From assembly GCA_016234595.1 (NCBI GenBank), contig JACRBG010000047.1, positions 1,269 to 65,268 on the forward strand: a stretch of 64,000 nucleotides of DNA, in the 5' to 3' direction. Source of the DNA: Chloroflexota bacterium (GTDB lineage: Bacteria; Chloroflexota; Anaerolineae; Aggregatilineales; J027). Shown here piece after piece: positions 16,310-26,354 of the stretch (positions are counted from its first letter, which is position 1; each line of letters begins with the position of its first letter). The position numbers and the translations under genes were made by a program. The notes below the pieces were generated by a model. That model saw only the letters and a program-made list of their open reading frames with translations. It had not been told where the DNA came from and ran no database searches.

Positions 16310-17863
16310 ATGAAACTCCGAATTTTGTGTGGTCTTATCCTCGGTAGTCTGCTATTGGTGCCGATGCCTGTTTCCCCACAGATAGCGCAAGCCAATCGGC
16401 AGCCCCAATTTAGCCGCACCCTTAAGCCTTTTCAACCTGTGACCGGTCAGTTAGGGGAAGGGCTTGTTTTGGAAGAATGGAAATTTGAAGGCCAAACGGG
16501 CCAGATGATTTCCCTGCTTGCCGAAAAAACTAGTGGCGATCTGGATGTGGTCATCACTCTTTTAAACCCGAATGCCGAGACGATGGCTGCCAATGATAAT
16601 GCCAGCTTTGATACCACCGATGCCCGTTTAGAAGCGCTGCCCCTTGTGATGGATGGGACATACTCCGTGAGGGTCTATCGAGAAGGGGGTGGTTTTGGCA
16701 AAACTTCCGGGGAATATCAATTAACTTTATTGAATGGGTATAGCCAACGAGACACTGATCGCCGCACCAGTGCCGTCGTCAATTTAGGACCGGGGGAGCT
16801 GCTGGCCCGTGAATCTATCAAAACACTGGCTGCCGAAGACTTTTATCTCGAGTTCGCAATGGCGTTACCCGAAACCACTGACCCCTATACACTTGAATTT
16901 CGGTTGCGGGAAGTGCCCCAAAATAGCCACTATTGGTCATTTCAATTGGCTTCCGACGGTGTGTGGTTGCTCAATCTTCAAAATGAATCTAACCGAACTC
17001 TAGAAGGAATTGAAGGCCGTGACCCGTTGGAATTGGCATTAGGGGAGCGTGTTGAGTTTAGCTTTTGGCAATCGGCCAATATTTTCTTTGTGGCTATCAA
17101 TCATACGCTGGTGGCTCAACTCGACACGTCGCCAGATATGCTGCCGACCGAGGCGGGTGAAGCGGCCATTTTGATTCACGGGGACACCGATCACACTGAG
17201 AATATTGTGGCGACCTTGCGGGAAGTTTATCTCACCAATCGTTTTTATGCTGATGAACCCCCTGCACTTGGAGCGATTGGGCCTAATCAGCCGGGTGAGC
17301 GTATTTATGCCTACAAAGGTACACCCCAACAAATTGTAGATGAACTGCGGGCGTCTGAATTTATCCCAACGATGGAAGGAGGCGTGCAAGCCAAGGCTGT
17401 TGAGGCGTTTATTTTTACCTCGGATGTTGGGTTTAGTGCTTACCCCATGCTGGGCGAAAATCCCTATCAAAATTATGTGTTGGGGTTTAGTGCGGCGCTC
17501 TTAGAAGGGCCAACTGATACGGCGTGTGGGGTGATTTTTCGTCAGCAAGATGGGGCTAATTTTGCTACGATGCTCTTTACCCCATTGGGCCAAGTCTATT
17601 TTATCAATTATGAAAACGGTGAAGCTGCCCCCGACGGTTTAGCCATTGAGTCACCTGCTATTTTCCCCGGTATTAATCAAAATAACTGGTTTACCATTGT
17701 GGCAAACGGCGAACAGGGTAGTTTGTTTGTGAATGGGCGGTTGATTGGGCAAATTGCGTTGCAACCTGTAGCAGGGATGTTTGCGGTGAATATTGTCATC
17801 GCTACACCGGAAACAGCCTATTGCCGTTTGCAAAATGTTTGGATGTGGACATTGGGGAGGTAA
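16310..17863 (+). CDS. Secreted protein with PPC (pre-peptidase C-terminal)-like domain and two jelly-roll/LamG-like repeats
   Basis: Start re-set to ATG 16310, giving signal peptide MKLRILCGLILGSLLLVPMPVSPQIAQA. PPC-like segment GQLGEG...DLDVVITLLNPNAETMAANDN...GTYSVRVY...YQLTL. Two repeats ending FFVAINHTLVAQLD and LFVNGRLIGQIAL. Confidence 0.65.
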   Translation: MKLRILCGLILGSLLLVPMPVSPQIAQANRQPQFSRTLKPFQPVTGQLGEGLVLEEWKFEGQTGQMISLLAEKTSGDLDVVITLLNPNAETMAANDNASFDTTDARLEALPLVMDGTYSVRVYREGGGFGKTSGEYQLTLLNGYSQRDTDRRTSAVVNLGPGELLARESIKTLAAEDFYLEFAMALPETTDPYTLEFRLREVPQNSHYWSFQLASDGVWLLNLQNESNRTLEGIEGRDPLELALGERVEFSFWQSANIFFVAINHTLVAQLDTSPDMLPTEAGEAAILIHGDTDHTENIVATLREVYLTNRFYADEPPALGAIGPNQPGERIYAYKGTPQQIVDELRASEFIPTMEGGVQAKAVEAFIFTSDVGFSAYPMLGENPYQNYVLGFSAALLEGPTDTACGVIFRQQDGANFATMLFTPLGQVYFINYENGEAAPDGLAIESPAIFPGINQNNWFTIVANGEQGSLFVNGRLIGQIALQPVAGMFAVNIVIATPETAYCRLQNVWMWTLGR

Positions 17864-17865
17864 AA

Positions 17866-17905
17866 AACAGGAGGGCTGGCCTTACCTCTCCTGTTGTGTT
17901 TGTTT
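17866..17905. terminator. Bidirectional rho-independent terminator between the secreted-protein gene and phoU
   Basis: AACAGGAG (17866-17873) pairs with CTCCTGTT (17888-17895). Flanked by an A-run on the left (U-run for the minus transcript) and GTGTTTGTTT on the right. Confidence 0.6.
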
Positions 17906-17907
17906 AG

Positions 17908-18597
17908 TTAATCCTCTTCGTTCTGGCGGACATTACCCGTGACCATAAACAGCACCCGTTCACAAATATTGGTGATACGGTCGGCAATGCGTTCCATGTT
18001 ATGAGAGACCCAAAGCAGATAGGTGGCACGATTGATGTTACGGGGGTCTTGCAGCATATAGGTCAATAATTCCCGATAGACCTGCTTGTCTAATTCATCT
18101 ACCTCATTATCCCGTTCCACAATTTTCGCTGCGAGTTCGGTGTTTGCCTCCATATAGGCATTAATCCCGTCTTTAAGCATTTCGCGCGAAATTTCGGCCA
18201 TACGTGGAATGTCTACAAACGGCTTGAGGGGGGATTCTTTGGCAAGTTCCACACATAATTTGGCAATACCAGCCGCATGATCGGCCATACGCTCCAATTC
18301 GACGGCGATATGAATGGCGACCACCACCTTCCGCATATCGCGCGCGGCGGGGGCTTGCAGGGCTAAGACTTTATAGGCTTCCTCTTCCACTACATAACGC
18401 AAATCATTGATTTTTTGATCGTCAGCGATTACTTGACGAGCTAATTCAATATTTTGGGTACGGAGCGATTGGATGGAGCGATCAATAGCCTTGTCGGTTA
18501 GATCACTCATCCGCAAAATATTATCCCGTAGCTCGTTTTCTTCTTGGTCTAAAATGGTTCGATTTGGCAAAACCATAGTCCTTTCATCCCCCTTCAT
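17908..18597 (-). CDS. phoU: Phosphate signalling regulator PhoU
   Basis: Two PhoU repeats (DDQKINDLRYVVEEEA...ELERMADHA and RDNEVDELDKQVYREL...NMERIADRITNI). Alternative start ATG 18576 (MVLPNR...) has a better SD (AAAGGA). Confidence 0.9.
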   Translation of the reverse strand: MKGDERTMVLPNRTILDQEENELRDNILRMSDLTDKAIDRSIQSLRTQNIELARQVIADDQKINDLRYVVEEEAYKVLALQAPAARDMRKVVVAIHIAVELERMADHAAGIAKLCVELAKESPLKPFVDIPRMAEISREMLKDGINAYMEANTELAAKIVERDNEVDELDKQVYRELLTYMLQDPRNINRATYLLWVSHNMERIADRITNICERVLFMVTGNVRQNEED

Positions 18598-18601
18598 TGT
18601 A

Positions 18602-19036
18602 CTATGGATTAAAATTTCTTAACCACTGCGAAATTTGCTCTTGAATGCTGTCACGCACCTGTCGGAAAGCCACTAAGGTCTCTTCGGGAGTACCAACAAA
18701 AGCGGCTGGGTCGTCGAACCCAATATGCTGTTTGCGACCTTGACCCAACCAGATCGGACAATTTTCGGCGGCATCATCGCAAACGGTAATCACTACGTCA
18801 AAAGCTTGCCCCATAAAATAATCGGCCTGTTTGGGCGTATGCTGCGAGATATCGAGGCCAATTTCATGCATGACTTGAATAGCCAGCGGATGTACTTGGA
18901 TTGCTGGATTTGTCCCTGCCGAGAAGGCCTGCCAAGACTCCCCTAGGAATCCATTGACAAGCCCTTCGGCCATTTGGCTTCGGCAGGAATTCCCTGTGCA
19001 AAGAAATAGTACCGTTTTTTTCGCAATAGCCATCAT
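18602..19036 (-). CDS. arsC: Arsenate reductase, thioredoxin-coupled LMW-PTP type
   Basis: [17 protein letters not shown] (CX5R P-loop) plus [13 protein letters not shown] (second and third catalytic Cys spacing as in Bacillus/Staphylococcus ArsC). ATGA overlap with pstB stop. Confidence 0.8.
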   Translation of the reverse strand: MMAIAKKTVLFLCTGNSCRSQMAEGLVNGFLGESWQAFSAGTNPAIQVHPLAIQVMHEIGLDISQHTPKQADYFMGQAFDVVITVCDDAAENCPIWLGQGRKQHIGFDDPAAFVGTPEETLVAFRQVRDSIQEQISQWLRNFNP

Positions 19037-19824
19037 CCAAAGCGCCCAGTAATGTAATCTTCAGTGCGCGAGTCGTTGGGTTTGGTGAAAATCCGTTCCG
19101 TCTGGTCGTATTCAATGAGTTCACCAGCACGTTCATTACCCATCAGCATAAAGGCCGTGTAATCCGAGACACGGGCGGCCTGTTGCATATTGTGGGTCAC
19201 GATGATGATGGTGTAGTTTTCCTTCAGTTCACGCATTAGTTCTTCGATACGCAAGGTAGCGATGGGGTCAAGGGCCGAGCACGGTTCGTCCATCAGAATG
19301 ATTTCTGGCTCGACTGCCAATGTGCGGGCGATACACAGCCGCTGCTGCTGACCACCTGACAAGGCCAACCCTGATTTTTTGAGATTGTCTTTGACATCAT
19401 CCCACAGCGCGGCCTGACGCAAACTACGTTCAACAATCTCACCCAATATCTTTTTGTTACGCTGACCCAAAATACGTGGGCCATAGGCGATGTTGTCAAA
19501 AATGGATTTGGGGAAGGGGTTGGGCTTTTGGAAGACCATGCCAATGCGGCGGCGCACTTCGACCGGGTCAACATTGTTGCCATAGAGGTTTTGGCCGCGA
19601 TATAGAATTTCGCCTTCGGCATGGCTGCCCAACACGAGGTCATTCATACGGTTGAATGAGCGCAGGAGGGTGCTTTTCCCACAACCGGATGGGCCAATCA
19701 GAGCCGTAATCTTGTTCGGCTCGATTTGCATGGTGACGTTACGCACGGCTCGAAAGGAGCTATAGAAGATATGGAGATTGCGTGCTTCAAGGGCGTATTT
19801 GCTGGTTCCATTAGGGTTTGTCAT
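19033..19824 (-). CDS. pstB: Phosphate ABC transporter ATP-binding protein PstB
   Basis: Walker [10 protein letters not shown], signature [13 protein letters not shown], Walker [12 protein letters not shown], PstB-typical C-terminus [10 protein letters not shown]. Confidence 0.95.
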   Translation of the reverse strand: MTNPNGTSKYALEARNLHIFYSSFRAVRNVTMQIEPNKITALIGPSGCGKSTLLRSFNRMNDLVLGSHAEGEILYRGQNLYGNNVDPVEVRRRIGMVFQKPNPFPKSIFDNIAYGPRILGQRNKKILGEIVERSLRQAALWDDVKDNLKKSGLALSGGQQQRLCIARTLAVEPEIILMDEPCSALDPIATLRIEELMRELKENYTIIIVTHNMQQAARVSDYTAFMLMGNERAGELIEYDQTERIFTKPNDSRTEDYITGRFG

Positions 19825-19829
19825 GGTAA

Positions 19830-21341
19830 TTAGACTGCTCTCTTACTAAAACGGCTGCGCAAAATGACGGCCACCGCATTTAAACTCAAAAGAATGGTCA
19901 ACAGCAGTAAAATACCTGCCGCCGCAACGTTACGGAATTGGGCTTGGGGCTGCGTAATCAGCGCAAAAATTTGGAGGGGCAGCACGGTAAAGCGCGAGAA
20001 TGGCCCACTGGGGTCAACGGTGATACGGGTGATTGATCCGACCACGACTAAGACGGCTGTCTCACCAAAGGCCCGCGAGATTGCCAGAATTGTCCCAGTC
20101 AAAATACCGGGCATGGCATTTGGCAGAACGTGATTCCAGACCGTCTGCCATTTGGTCGCCCCAAGGCCATAACTGGCTTGACGCAGCGAATCTGGCACCG
20201 CGCGAATGGCTTCTTGGGCATTAATAATAATCACGGGCAAAATCAGTAGCCCCATCGTCAATGAAGCGGAAAGGATGGTACGCCCAGTTGCAGTATTGCC
20301 GCCGACGCCTAAGCCGAAAATGTCACCACTGGTAATTTTTTCGAGGGCACGCACGAATAAAGCTAACCCCAAAATACCATAGATAATCGAGGGCACCCCG
20401 GCCAAATTATCAATGTTGGTCTGGATGATGCGGGCCAGCCAGCCTCCCGATGAGTATTCTTCGAGATAGATCGCGGCCCCAACGCCAAGAGGTAGGGCGA
20501 TAAGGATCGTAAGAGTAATCATCCACAACGAGCCAATAATGGCTGTCCGCAAACCTGCGTCTTCAGGGCGACTGAGATCAATTGTTTTGGTAATGAGATG
20601 CCATTGAACCCATGAGTGAAATTTCGGTTCAGTAAGCTCAATGGTGGGGTCTTTTTTATCCTCACGCAAACGGGCTTCGGTGTCGGCGATGTCTTGATTT
20701 ACTTTATCCCGGCTGAAAAAGTATTCGTCGAGTGTCCAGCTATTGACGATCAGCGGCTGTACCACATTTTTGATGACAAAGTCATAGAGTTGTTCTTGGT
20801 CAAAGTTTTGCTCGATGAGCGCAGCATAACCTACTACGTCAAGCCGAATGACGGATTGGTCAGCCAGTTCGGCAGGATATTTTTTATCCTTATCCTCAAA
20901 AACTTCGCGAACGGTCACAGTTTCTTTGGCTCGTTCACGGTCGGCGATTTTTTCTTGATCCGACAGACTCAAACCTAGAACATTATTGAAGACAAGGGTT
21001 CGGATGTCGTTACGACCTGTGCGGATTGCGCCATAATGGTTTTCGATGACATCCCCCAATTCTTGTTGCGAGAGGTTTTCGAGGGGTTTATCCGACAGTG
21101 TAGCGGGATTAACTTGGTCGTAGATTGTCACATAGGTAAAGGCTTGGCGGATAATGCTGAAAAAGAGCATGAATAGACTGAACATCGCCAAGACAATCGA
21201 AAACAGGAAGACATACTTCCAGATTATGGCCTGACGATTGCGCCGCGCGATGTTCTTTTGCAGTTGTTTGTCATCGGGCAAATACTGCGAATATTGAGAG
21301 ACGGTGTTGGTTGAGTTTTCGGTGGCGCTCATTTTAGTCAT
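19830..21341 (-). CDS. pstA: Phosphate ABC transporter permease PstA (long form with large N-terminal periplasmic loop)
   Basis: C-terminal core [29 protein letters not shown]...[28 protein letters not shown]. Start ambiguous (ATG 21341 or 21332; track start 21380 lies inside pstC). Confidence 0.88.
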   Translation of the reverse strand: MTKMSATENSTNTVSQYSQYLPDDKQLQKNIARRNRQAIIWKYVFLFSIVLAMFSLFMLFFSIIRQAFTYVTIYDQVNPATLSDKPLENLSQQELGDVIENHYGAIRTGRNDIRTLVFNNVLGLSLSDQEKIADRERAKETVTVREVFEDKDKKYPAELADQSVIRLDVVGYAALIEQNFDQEQLYDFVIKNVVQPLIVNSWTLDEYFFSRDKVNQDIADTEARLREDKKDPTIELTEPKFHSWVQWHLITKTIDLSRPEDAGLRTAIIGSLWMITLTILIALPLGVGAAIYLEEYSSGGWLARIIQTNIDNLAGVPSIIYGILGLALFVRALEKITSGDIFGLGVGGNTATGRTILSASLTMGLLILPVIIINAQEAIRAVPDSLRQASYGLGATKWQTVWNHVLPNAMPGILTGTILAISRAFGETAVLVVVGSITRITVDPSGPFSRFTVLPLQIFALITQPQAQFRNVAAAGILLLLTILLSLNAVAVILRSRFSKRAV

Positions 21342-22551
21342 ATTCCTCTCGCAGCCACGTCGCCACTTGACGACTGACAATATTGAGTACCAGTGTCATT
21401 AAAAATAGGGTCAAACCAATGGCAAAGAGGCTGTCATAGTCAATCGTGCCATACGATAGGTCGCCTGTGCTGATACGAACGATATGCCCGGTCATGGTTT
21501 CAGCCGCTTCAAAGGGATTAAATGTGAAATAGGGGCGTGCACCAGCGGCGATAGCGACAATCATGGTCTCACCGACGGCCCGTGAAATCCCTAAAATGAA
21601 GGCGGCGACAATGCCCGAAATACCTGCTGGCAACACAATACGGGTGGAGGTTTCAAGTTTAGTTGACCCGAGCCCAAAAGCAGCTTCGCGGAGAGCACGT
21701 GGCACGGCACGGAGGGCATCTTCGCTCATTGAGGCGACAGTGGGTAAAATCATAATGCCCATCACCAATCCTGCCGAGAGCATGTTATAAATCCCCAATG
21801 TTTCTTTGCCTAAAAGCCCTTGCAATATCGGTGTGACAAAAGTGAGGGCGAAATAGCCGTAGACTACGGTAGGCACACCCGCTAAAACTTCCAAAATCGG
21901 TTTGAGTTTATTGCGCACGGATTCCGAGGCGTATTCACTGAGGTAGACGGCTGCTCCAACGCCCAGAGGGAGAGCGACAGCCATAGCAATTAAAGAGATG
22001 GTCAGGGTGGCGCTGACCAAAGCTAGTACCCCAAATTCGCCTACATGTGGCTGCCATTTTGTCCCCGTTAAAAATTCGACAACGGAAACTTTATCCCCTT
22101 CTTCTTCGATTATAGCGCCAGCTTTATGGGCTACTTGGGGGCTATCTTCTAGACCGCGTTCAACCGTGATGGTGTCGCCTTCAAAGGCCGTGACCCGCAT
22201 CATCTCATTGTCTAACCGAATTTTGCCATTCAGTGGAATTTTAACCTCTGTCCCTGCCGGAATTTTCAGAGTTGTTGCATCGGTTTCGATGTCAGTCGCC
22301 AAACTGACAAGCGAGTTGTTTTGATCGCGGAGTTCGTGCCATGTGGGGGTGCTGAAAAATAGCAAGGCTTCTTTGCCCAAAACCACCACAATAGCAATGG
22401 ACGTTATGATTGAGACCGCACCTGAGAAAAACAGGAACCCCTGTATAAGGACTTCAAAAGGTCGAATTCGTTTTTTGAGGTTAATCTGTTCGTCAGCGGG
22501 TCGGGCTGCGACAGGTGCTTGGTCAGCCGCCACAACTTGCTGGTTTGCCAT
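21334..22551 (-). CDS. pstC: Phosphate ABC transporter permease PstC with about 85-aa insertion in the first periplasmic loop
   Basis: Core [31 protein letters not shown]...[28 protein letters not shown]. Strong SD GGAGGGG before ATG 22551. Insertion spans about aa 70-158. Confidence 0.9.
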   Translation of the reverse strand: MANQQVVAADQAPVAARPADEQINLKKRIRPFEVLIQGFLFFSGAVSIITSIAIVVVLGKEALLFFSTPTWHELRDQNNSLVSLATDIETDATTLKIPAGTEVKIPLNGKIRLDNEMMRVTAFEGDTITVERGLEDSPQVAHKAGAIIEEEGDKVSVVEFLTGTKWQPHVGEFGVLALVSATLTISLIAMAVALPLGVGAAVYLSEYASESVRNKLKPILEVLAGVPTVVYGYFALTFVTPILQGLLGKETLGIYNMLSAGLVMGIMILPTVASMSEDALRAVPRALREAAFGLGSTKLETSTRIVLPAGISGIVAAFILGISRAVGETMIVAIAAGARPYFTFNPFEAAETMTGHIVRISTGDLSYGTIDYDSLFAIGLTLFLMTLVLNIVSRQVATWLREEYD

Positions 22552-22654
22552 GAACCCCTCCTTGAGAGTGAGTGCCGATATTGCATAAAAACATTTGCAG
22601 ATTGCTAATTAATAATGACTGCCTTGATAAATTTTTTTGATTTTTACAGACTAA

Positions 22655-22687
22655 AGGGAAGAGATGAAAAACATCCATCCCTTCCCT
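22655..22687 (-). promoter_or_regulatory. Intercistronic stem-loop between pstS and pstC
   Basis: On the minus-strand RNA AGGGAAGGGAUG pairs with CAUCUCUUCCCU (12 bp including one G-U; the same position is an A-C mismatch on the plus strand). 9-nt loop, no U-run after it, 30 nt after the pstS stop. Confidence 0.5.
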
Positions 22688-22717
22688 CTAATGGTCAAAC
22701 TTTAGATTTATGACAAT

Positions 22718-24106
22718 TTATTGCATCGCGGCGTACAGAGCGATGTACAGGTTCAGTTTGGCAACGCTGATGCTGGCGTTGGAAGCTGGGAAGTAACCCA
22801 CCGCGCCGATTTCGTCATCAACGTTGGTCAGGTAGAAATTGATGAAGTCAGCGACCTGAGCTTTTTCAGCCAGAATTTCGCTAGCGGAGTAGATGAATAG
22901 CGGACGGCTCAAAGGATATTCACCACTTTCGGCAGTCTCGAAATCAGGGGTGACGCCATTGATATTCAAAATCTTTAAAGCGGATGCGTTCGCGGTATAG
23001 TAAGCATAGCCAAAGTAGCCAATGCCACCGGGATTGCCTTCCACACCCTGAACCAAAACGTTGTCATCTTCGCTCAATTGTGGATTAGCAGCCAAGAGAG
23101 GAGTTTCATCTTTTGCAAAGATAGCTTCCACAAAATAGTCGAAAGTACCACTATCAGTGCCGGGGCTGAACAAAGCAATCGGAACATCACCACAATCGGG
23201 GTTAATTTCATTCCAGTTGGTAACAACGGCAGAGTAAACCTGGGCTAGTTGTTCGATCGTCAAGTCGCTTACACATTCCAACGCGGGGTTAACCGTAACA
23301 GCCAGAGCGTCAGTACCTACGCGGAATTCAACAGGGGTACGGGGGGTTGCCAAAGCAGCGCAACTATCGGCTTCTTCTTGCTTGATGGGGCGGCTGGCAT
23401 TGGAAATGTCGGTCTCACCATTCACGCAGAAACGTTCAAAACCAGCACCTGTGCCCACGCTATCAACGGTGATGGTGCCAGTATAGCCGCCTTCTTCAAA
23501 GCGCTGGGCCATCACGGTCGAGAGAGGGAACACAGTGGAGCTACCAGCGGTCACGATGTCGCCTTCGGTCAAAAGCGGATCAACATCGACTAGGGGCACC
23601 AGAATGCCGTCAATGACGTGAATCACCCCATTGGAGGCCACAACATCGGGTGTCACAACTTCGGCATTACCATCGAGCACGACTTTATCTTCTTTGATAG
23701 AGATATTGATGCTTTCGCCTTCGACGGTGGTCGCGCTTTGGCCGTCCATGCCCATCACATCAGCGGCCATCACGGTGCCGGGGACGACATGGTAGGTCAG
23801 GATTTCGGTCAACAGAGCGGTGTCGGACAGCAGGGCTGCCACAGTCGCTTCGGGTAGCGCAGCGAAAACTTCATCACTGGGAGCAAATAAGGTGTAGGGG
23901 CCTTCACCATTGAGGGTGTCGGTCAGACCAGCGGCGTCAACGGCAGCCAACAGGATAGTAAAGTTACCAGCGGCGGCGGCGACTTCCAAAAGGGTGCCGG
24001 GTTCCTGCGCTTTGGCAGTCTTGGTCGAATGACCGGGGGCGGCGACAAGGGCCACGACGAGGGTCAGGGCCACGACTGCAAATAAAAGATTACGTGTACG
24101 CTGCAT
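22718..24106 (-). CDS. pstS: Fasciclin (FAS1) domain fused to PstS-family phosphate-binding protein
   Basis: Start re-set to ATG 24106 (GGAGGA SD 10 nt upstream), giving signal peptide MQRTRNLLFAVVALTLVVALVAAPG. FAS1: GPYTLFAPSDEVFAAL...LTYHVVPG...SNGVIHVIDGILVP. PstS: TAGSSTVFPLS...VGTGAGFERF...ISNASRPIK. Confidence 0.85.
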   Translation of the reverse strand: MQRTRNLLFAVVALTLVVALVAAPGHSTKTAKAQEPGTLLEVAAAAGNFTILLAAVDAAGLTDTLNGEGPYTLFAPSDEVFAALPEATVAALLSDTALLTEILTYHVVPGTVMAADVMGMDGQSATTVEGESINISIKEDKVVLDGNAEVVTPDVVASNGVIHVIDGILVPLVDVDPLLTEGDIVTAGSSTVFPLSTVMAQRFEEGGYTGTITVDSVGTGAGFERFCVNGETDISNASRPIKQEEADSCAALATPRTPVEFRVGTDALAVTVNPALECVSDLTIEQLAQVYSAVVTNWNEINPDCGDVPIALFSPGTDSGTFDYFVEAIFAKDETPLLAANPQLSEDDNVLVQGVEGNPGGIGYFGYAYYTANASALKILNINGVTPDFETAESGEYPLSRPLFIYSASEILAEKAQVADFINFYLTNVDDEIGAVGYFPASNASISVAKLNLYIALYAAMQ

Positions 24107-24199
24107 ATTTAGAATGTCCTCCACATTTGAAAAATATGTAAATCAGCTTTCCTCACGGGGGTGCAATCTTAAAGCCAGAAGATAAAACGCTGCCTAATA

Positions 24200-24250
24200 G
24201 AGGTTTAAATTAAGGTTGATCTTTAATTAATTTTCTTTAACGCATTAATA
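24200..24250 (-). promoter_or_regulatory. Candidate Pho-box region: AT-rich reiterated TTAA(A/T) motifs upstream of pstS
   Basis: Minus-strand reading is TTAATgcgTTAAAgaaaaTTAATTAAAgatcaaccTTAATTTAAAcc, 95-145 nt upstream of the pstS ATG. Several repeats are roughly 10-11 nt apart. No consensus for this lineage is known to me. Confidence 0.3.
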
Positions 24251-24300
24251 GAAAAAAGAAGGACTAGGGAGGGTATGGCGGGGGTTTTGATTAGTAGCAG

Positions 24301-25509
24301 TTAGGCAACTTCAGTTGAGCTGATGGTTTCCTCCTCAACGAGTGGCAGGGTAAAAAAGAAGCTGGCCCCTTGTCCCTCTTTGCTTTCAGCCCAAATTTTA
24401 CCACCATGTGCGATGATGATGTGGCGGGCAATTGCCAATCCTAACCCTGTTCCATCGCCACGTGTGCGGCTTGGGCTGGCTTGATAAAAACGTTCAAAGA
24501 TGCGCGGCAAATCATCATTTGAGATACCCGGCCCATTATCCGTTACTTTGATGGTGACTTCCTCATCATTGGCGGTTGCAGAAACGCGAATTTCACCACC
24601 CTCAGGTGTAAATTTGTGAGCATTGTGGACGATATTCTTGAGTACACGCTGGCTGTGGGTGAGATCGGCAAGGACACAGACATTCGGCACAGCTTCCATA
24701 ACAATACGCTGATTCTTGCGTTCAGCGATGGGTTGCAGCGGGTCGATGCTGCCCTGCACAATGGCTTCTAAAGGTGTTGGCAGCAATTTAATGGGCATTT
24801 GACCGGATTCGATACGTGATAGATAGCGCATTTCTTCAACCAATTGAGTTAATGTATCCACTTCACGCCGGATGTCTATAAGCATTTTTTTGCTGCGGCG
24901 GGGCTTATCAATCGCGCCATTAAGCAAGGTGTCCACCAAGAGACCAATGCTGGTAATGGGAGTACGCAGTTCATGCGAGATATTGGCAACCATTTCGCGC
25001 CGTGCCCGACCCAAACGCACCATCTCACTCATATCTCGCAGGGTTAACAGTTCGACCGGGGCATCACCATTCGGGTTTTCCGCGCTGACAAAGGCTCGAA
25101 CTCGCAGGGTCTTTCCGGCCAAGTCTACAAGCTGTTCGGGAATATCATCGGTTGTTTCGCGGGCCTCGTGTAGCATAGCTTCTAGTTCGTTTTCTTGGGT
25201 TGCCCGAATCAGCGTTTTCCCAATCAGATCAGGCCCCAATAATTTCTGGGCCTCGGGGTTGACGTGCAAAATCTGATGTTTCTGGTTCATCACCAAGACG
25301 GCATCATCTACGACCTGCAAAAGAGCATCCCGTAAAAGGATAGCCTCCTGTAGTTGGTCCGATACCCCTTGCCGGAGGTGTTCGGTTTGTTGCATCTGGC
25401 GTTCCAAAAGACGCAGATGTTTACGCGATTGCCACAATAGTCCCCCTAGACCGCCAATGATGAGCAGGAGGGGAACAAAAACGATTAAGTTTTCCATAGA
25501 GGGCATCAC
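24301..25509 (-). CDS. phoR: Sensor histidine kinase, PhoR-like (TM, PAS, HisKA, HATPase_c)
   Basis: H-box [14 protein letters not shown]-box [14 protein letters not shown]-boxes VTDNGPGI and [13 protein letters not shown] overlap with the upstream regulator. Symbol assigned from pst context only. Confidence 0.85.
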   Translation of the reverse strand: MMPSMENLIVFVPLLLIIGGLGGLLWQSRKHLRLLERQMQQTEHLRQGVSDQLQEAILLRDALLQVVDDAVLVMNQKHQILHVNPEAQKLLGPDLIGKTLIRATQENELEAMLHEARETTDDIPEQLVDLAGKTLRVRAFVSAENPNGDAPVELLTLRDMSEMVRLGRARREMVANISHELRTPITSIGLLVDTLLNGAIDKPRRSKKMLIDIRREVDTLTQLVEEMRYLSRIESGQMPIKLLPTPLEAIVQGSIDPLQPIAERKNQRIVMEAVPNVCVLADLTHSQRVLKNIVHNAHKFTPEGGEIRVSATANDEEVTIKVTDNGPGISNDDLPRIFERFYQASPSRTRGDGTGLGLAIARHIIIAHGGKIWAESKEGQGASFFFTLPLVEEETISSTEVA

Positions 25510-26183
25510 TTCTCAAAGCGATAACCAACACCACGTACTGTTACCAGCCGGGCAGGGCGGGATGGGTCTTCTTCGATTTTCTCGCGCAGCCAACGCACAT
25601 GCACATCAACCGTCTTGGTTTGGCCGCTGTACTCATACCCCCACACTCGCTCTAGCAACAAATCACGCGACAGCACGGCGCCCTTATTGCGCATCAAAGC
25701 TGCTAGGAGGTCGAATTCTTTGTGGGTAAGGCGAAGTTCCTCGCCATTGCGGGTGGCGCGACGGGCGATTAAATCCAGTGTGAGATCACCGGATTCTAAT
25801 TTATCCGTAACGGTATGATTGGCGGGGGCGCGTCGTAGTACTGCCCGGATACGCGCTAGAAATTCACCCAGATTGAAGGGTTTGACAATATAATCGTCGG
25901 CCCCAATTTCGAGGCCGATAATACGATCCACATCACTGTCACGGGCGGTTAACATCACAATCGGCACACTCGATTCATTCCGCAAAATCCGGCAAATCGA
26001 GATGCCATCCAACGAGGGCAGCATTAAATCCAGCACAATTAAATCCGGCTGATTTTCGCGGGCCATATCCAATCCCTCAGCGCCGTCCCCTGTGTGTAAA
26101 ACCTTATAGCCTTCTTTGGATAGGTTATAGACCAGCGTCTCGCGCATCGTGGATTCGTCTTCAACAACTAGAATTTTTTTCAT
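25506..26183 (-). CDS. phoB: OmpR/PhoB-family response regulator
   Basis: Start re-set to ATG 26183 ([10 protein letters not shown]; GGGAGGA SD upstream). Receiver [13 protein letters not shown], winged-helix C-terminus [14 protein letters not shown]...[11 protein letters not shown]. Symbol from context only. Confidence 0.88.
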   Translation of the reverse strand: MKKILVVEDESTMRETLVYNLSKEGYKVLHTGDGAEGLDMARENQPDLIVLDLMLPSLDGISICRILRNESSVPIVMLTARDSDVDRIIGLEIGADDYIVKPFNLGEFLARIRAVLRRAPANHTVTDKLESGDLTLDLIARRATRNGEELRLTHKEFDLLAALMRNKGAVLSRDLLLERVWGYEYSGQTKTVDVHVRWLREKIEEDPSRPARLVTVRGVGYRFEK

Positions 26184-26354
26184 GTGCAGGTATCCTCCCA
26201 GATACATTTTGCTTGCATCTTTAAAGCCTAGCACACCCGCAGTTAAGTTTCCATTAGATTGTTTAAATTTGCCTTGAGGGAGGGGTTGCATGTATGCTAA
26301 GAAGCCATTATCACACGGTTTTCAAAAAAACTTTCATGCGGACGGCGGCCAAAA

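Noticed and set aside
19830-21341. Unusually long PstA (about 500 aa) as a novel feature
   Set aside because: Long-form PstA proteins with a large N-terminal periplasmic loop are known in several phyla, for example the pseudomonad type. Length alone is not novel.
26184-26291. Long N-terminal extensions in the ORF track (phoB-like 26184-26291; also 31732-31839, 34141-34203, 40678-40752, 44184-44282, 56717-56785, 16238-16309, 24107-24124)
   Set aside because: The track takes the first ATG/GTG/TTG. Downstream ATGs are preceded by GGAGG-like sites and give canonical family N-termini or signal peptides. The 34141-34203 extension would also run through a terminator hairpin.
26286-26314. TTGCAT-17 nt-TATCAC as promoter of the kinase operon
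   Set aside because: The -10 lacks the conserved final T, and the element overlaps the divergent phoB-like leader. It is too weak to report as a feature without transcription-start data.
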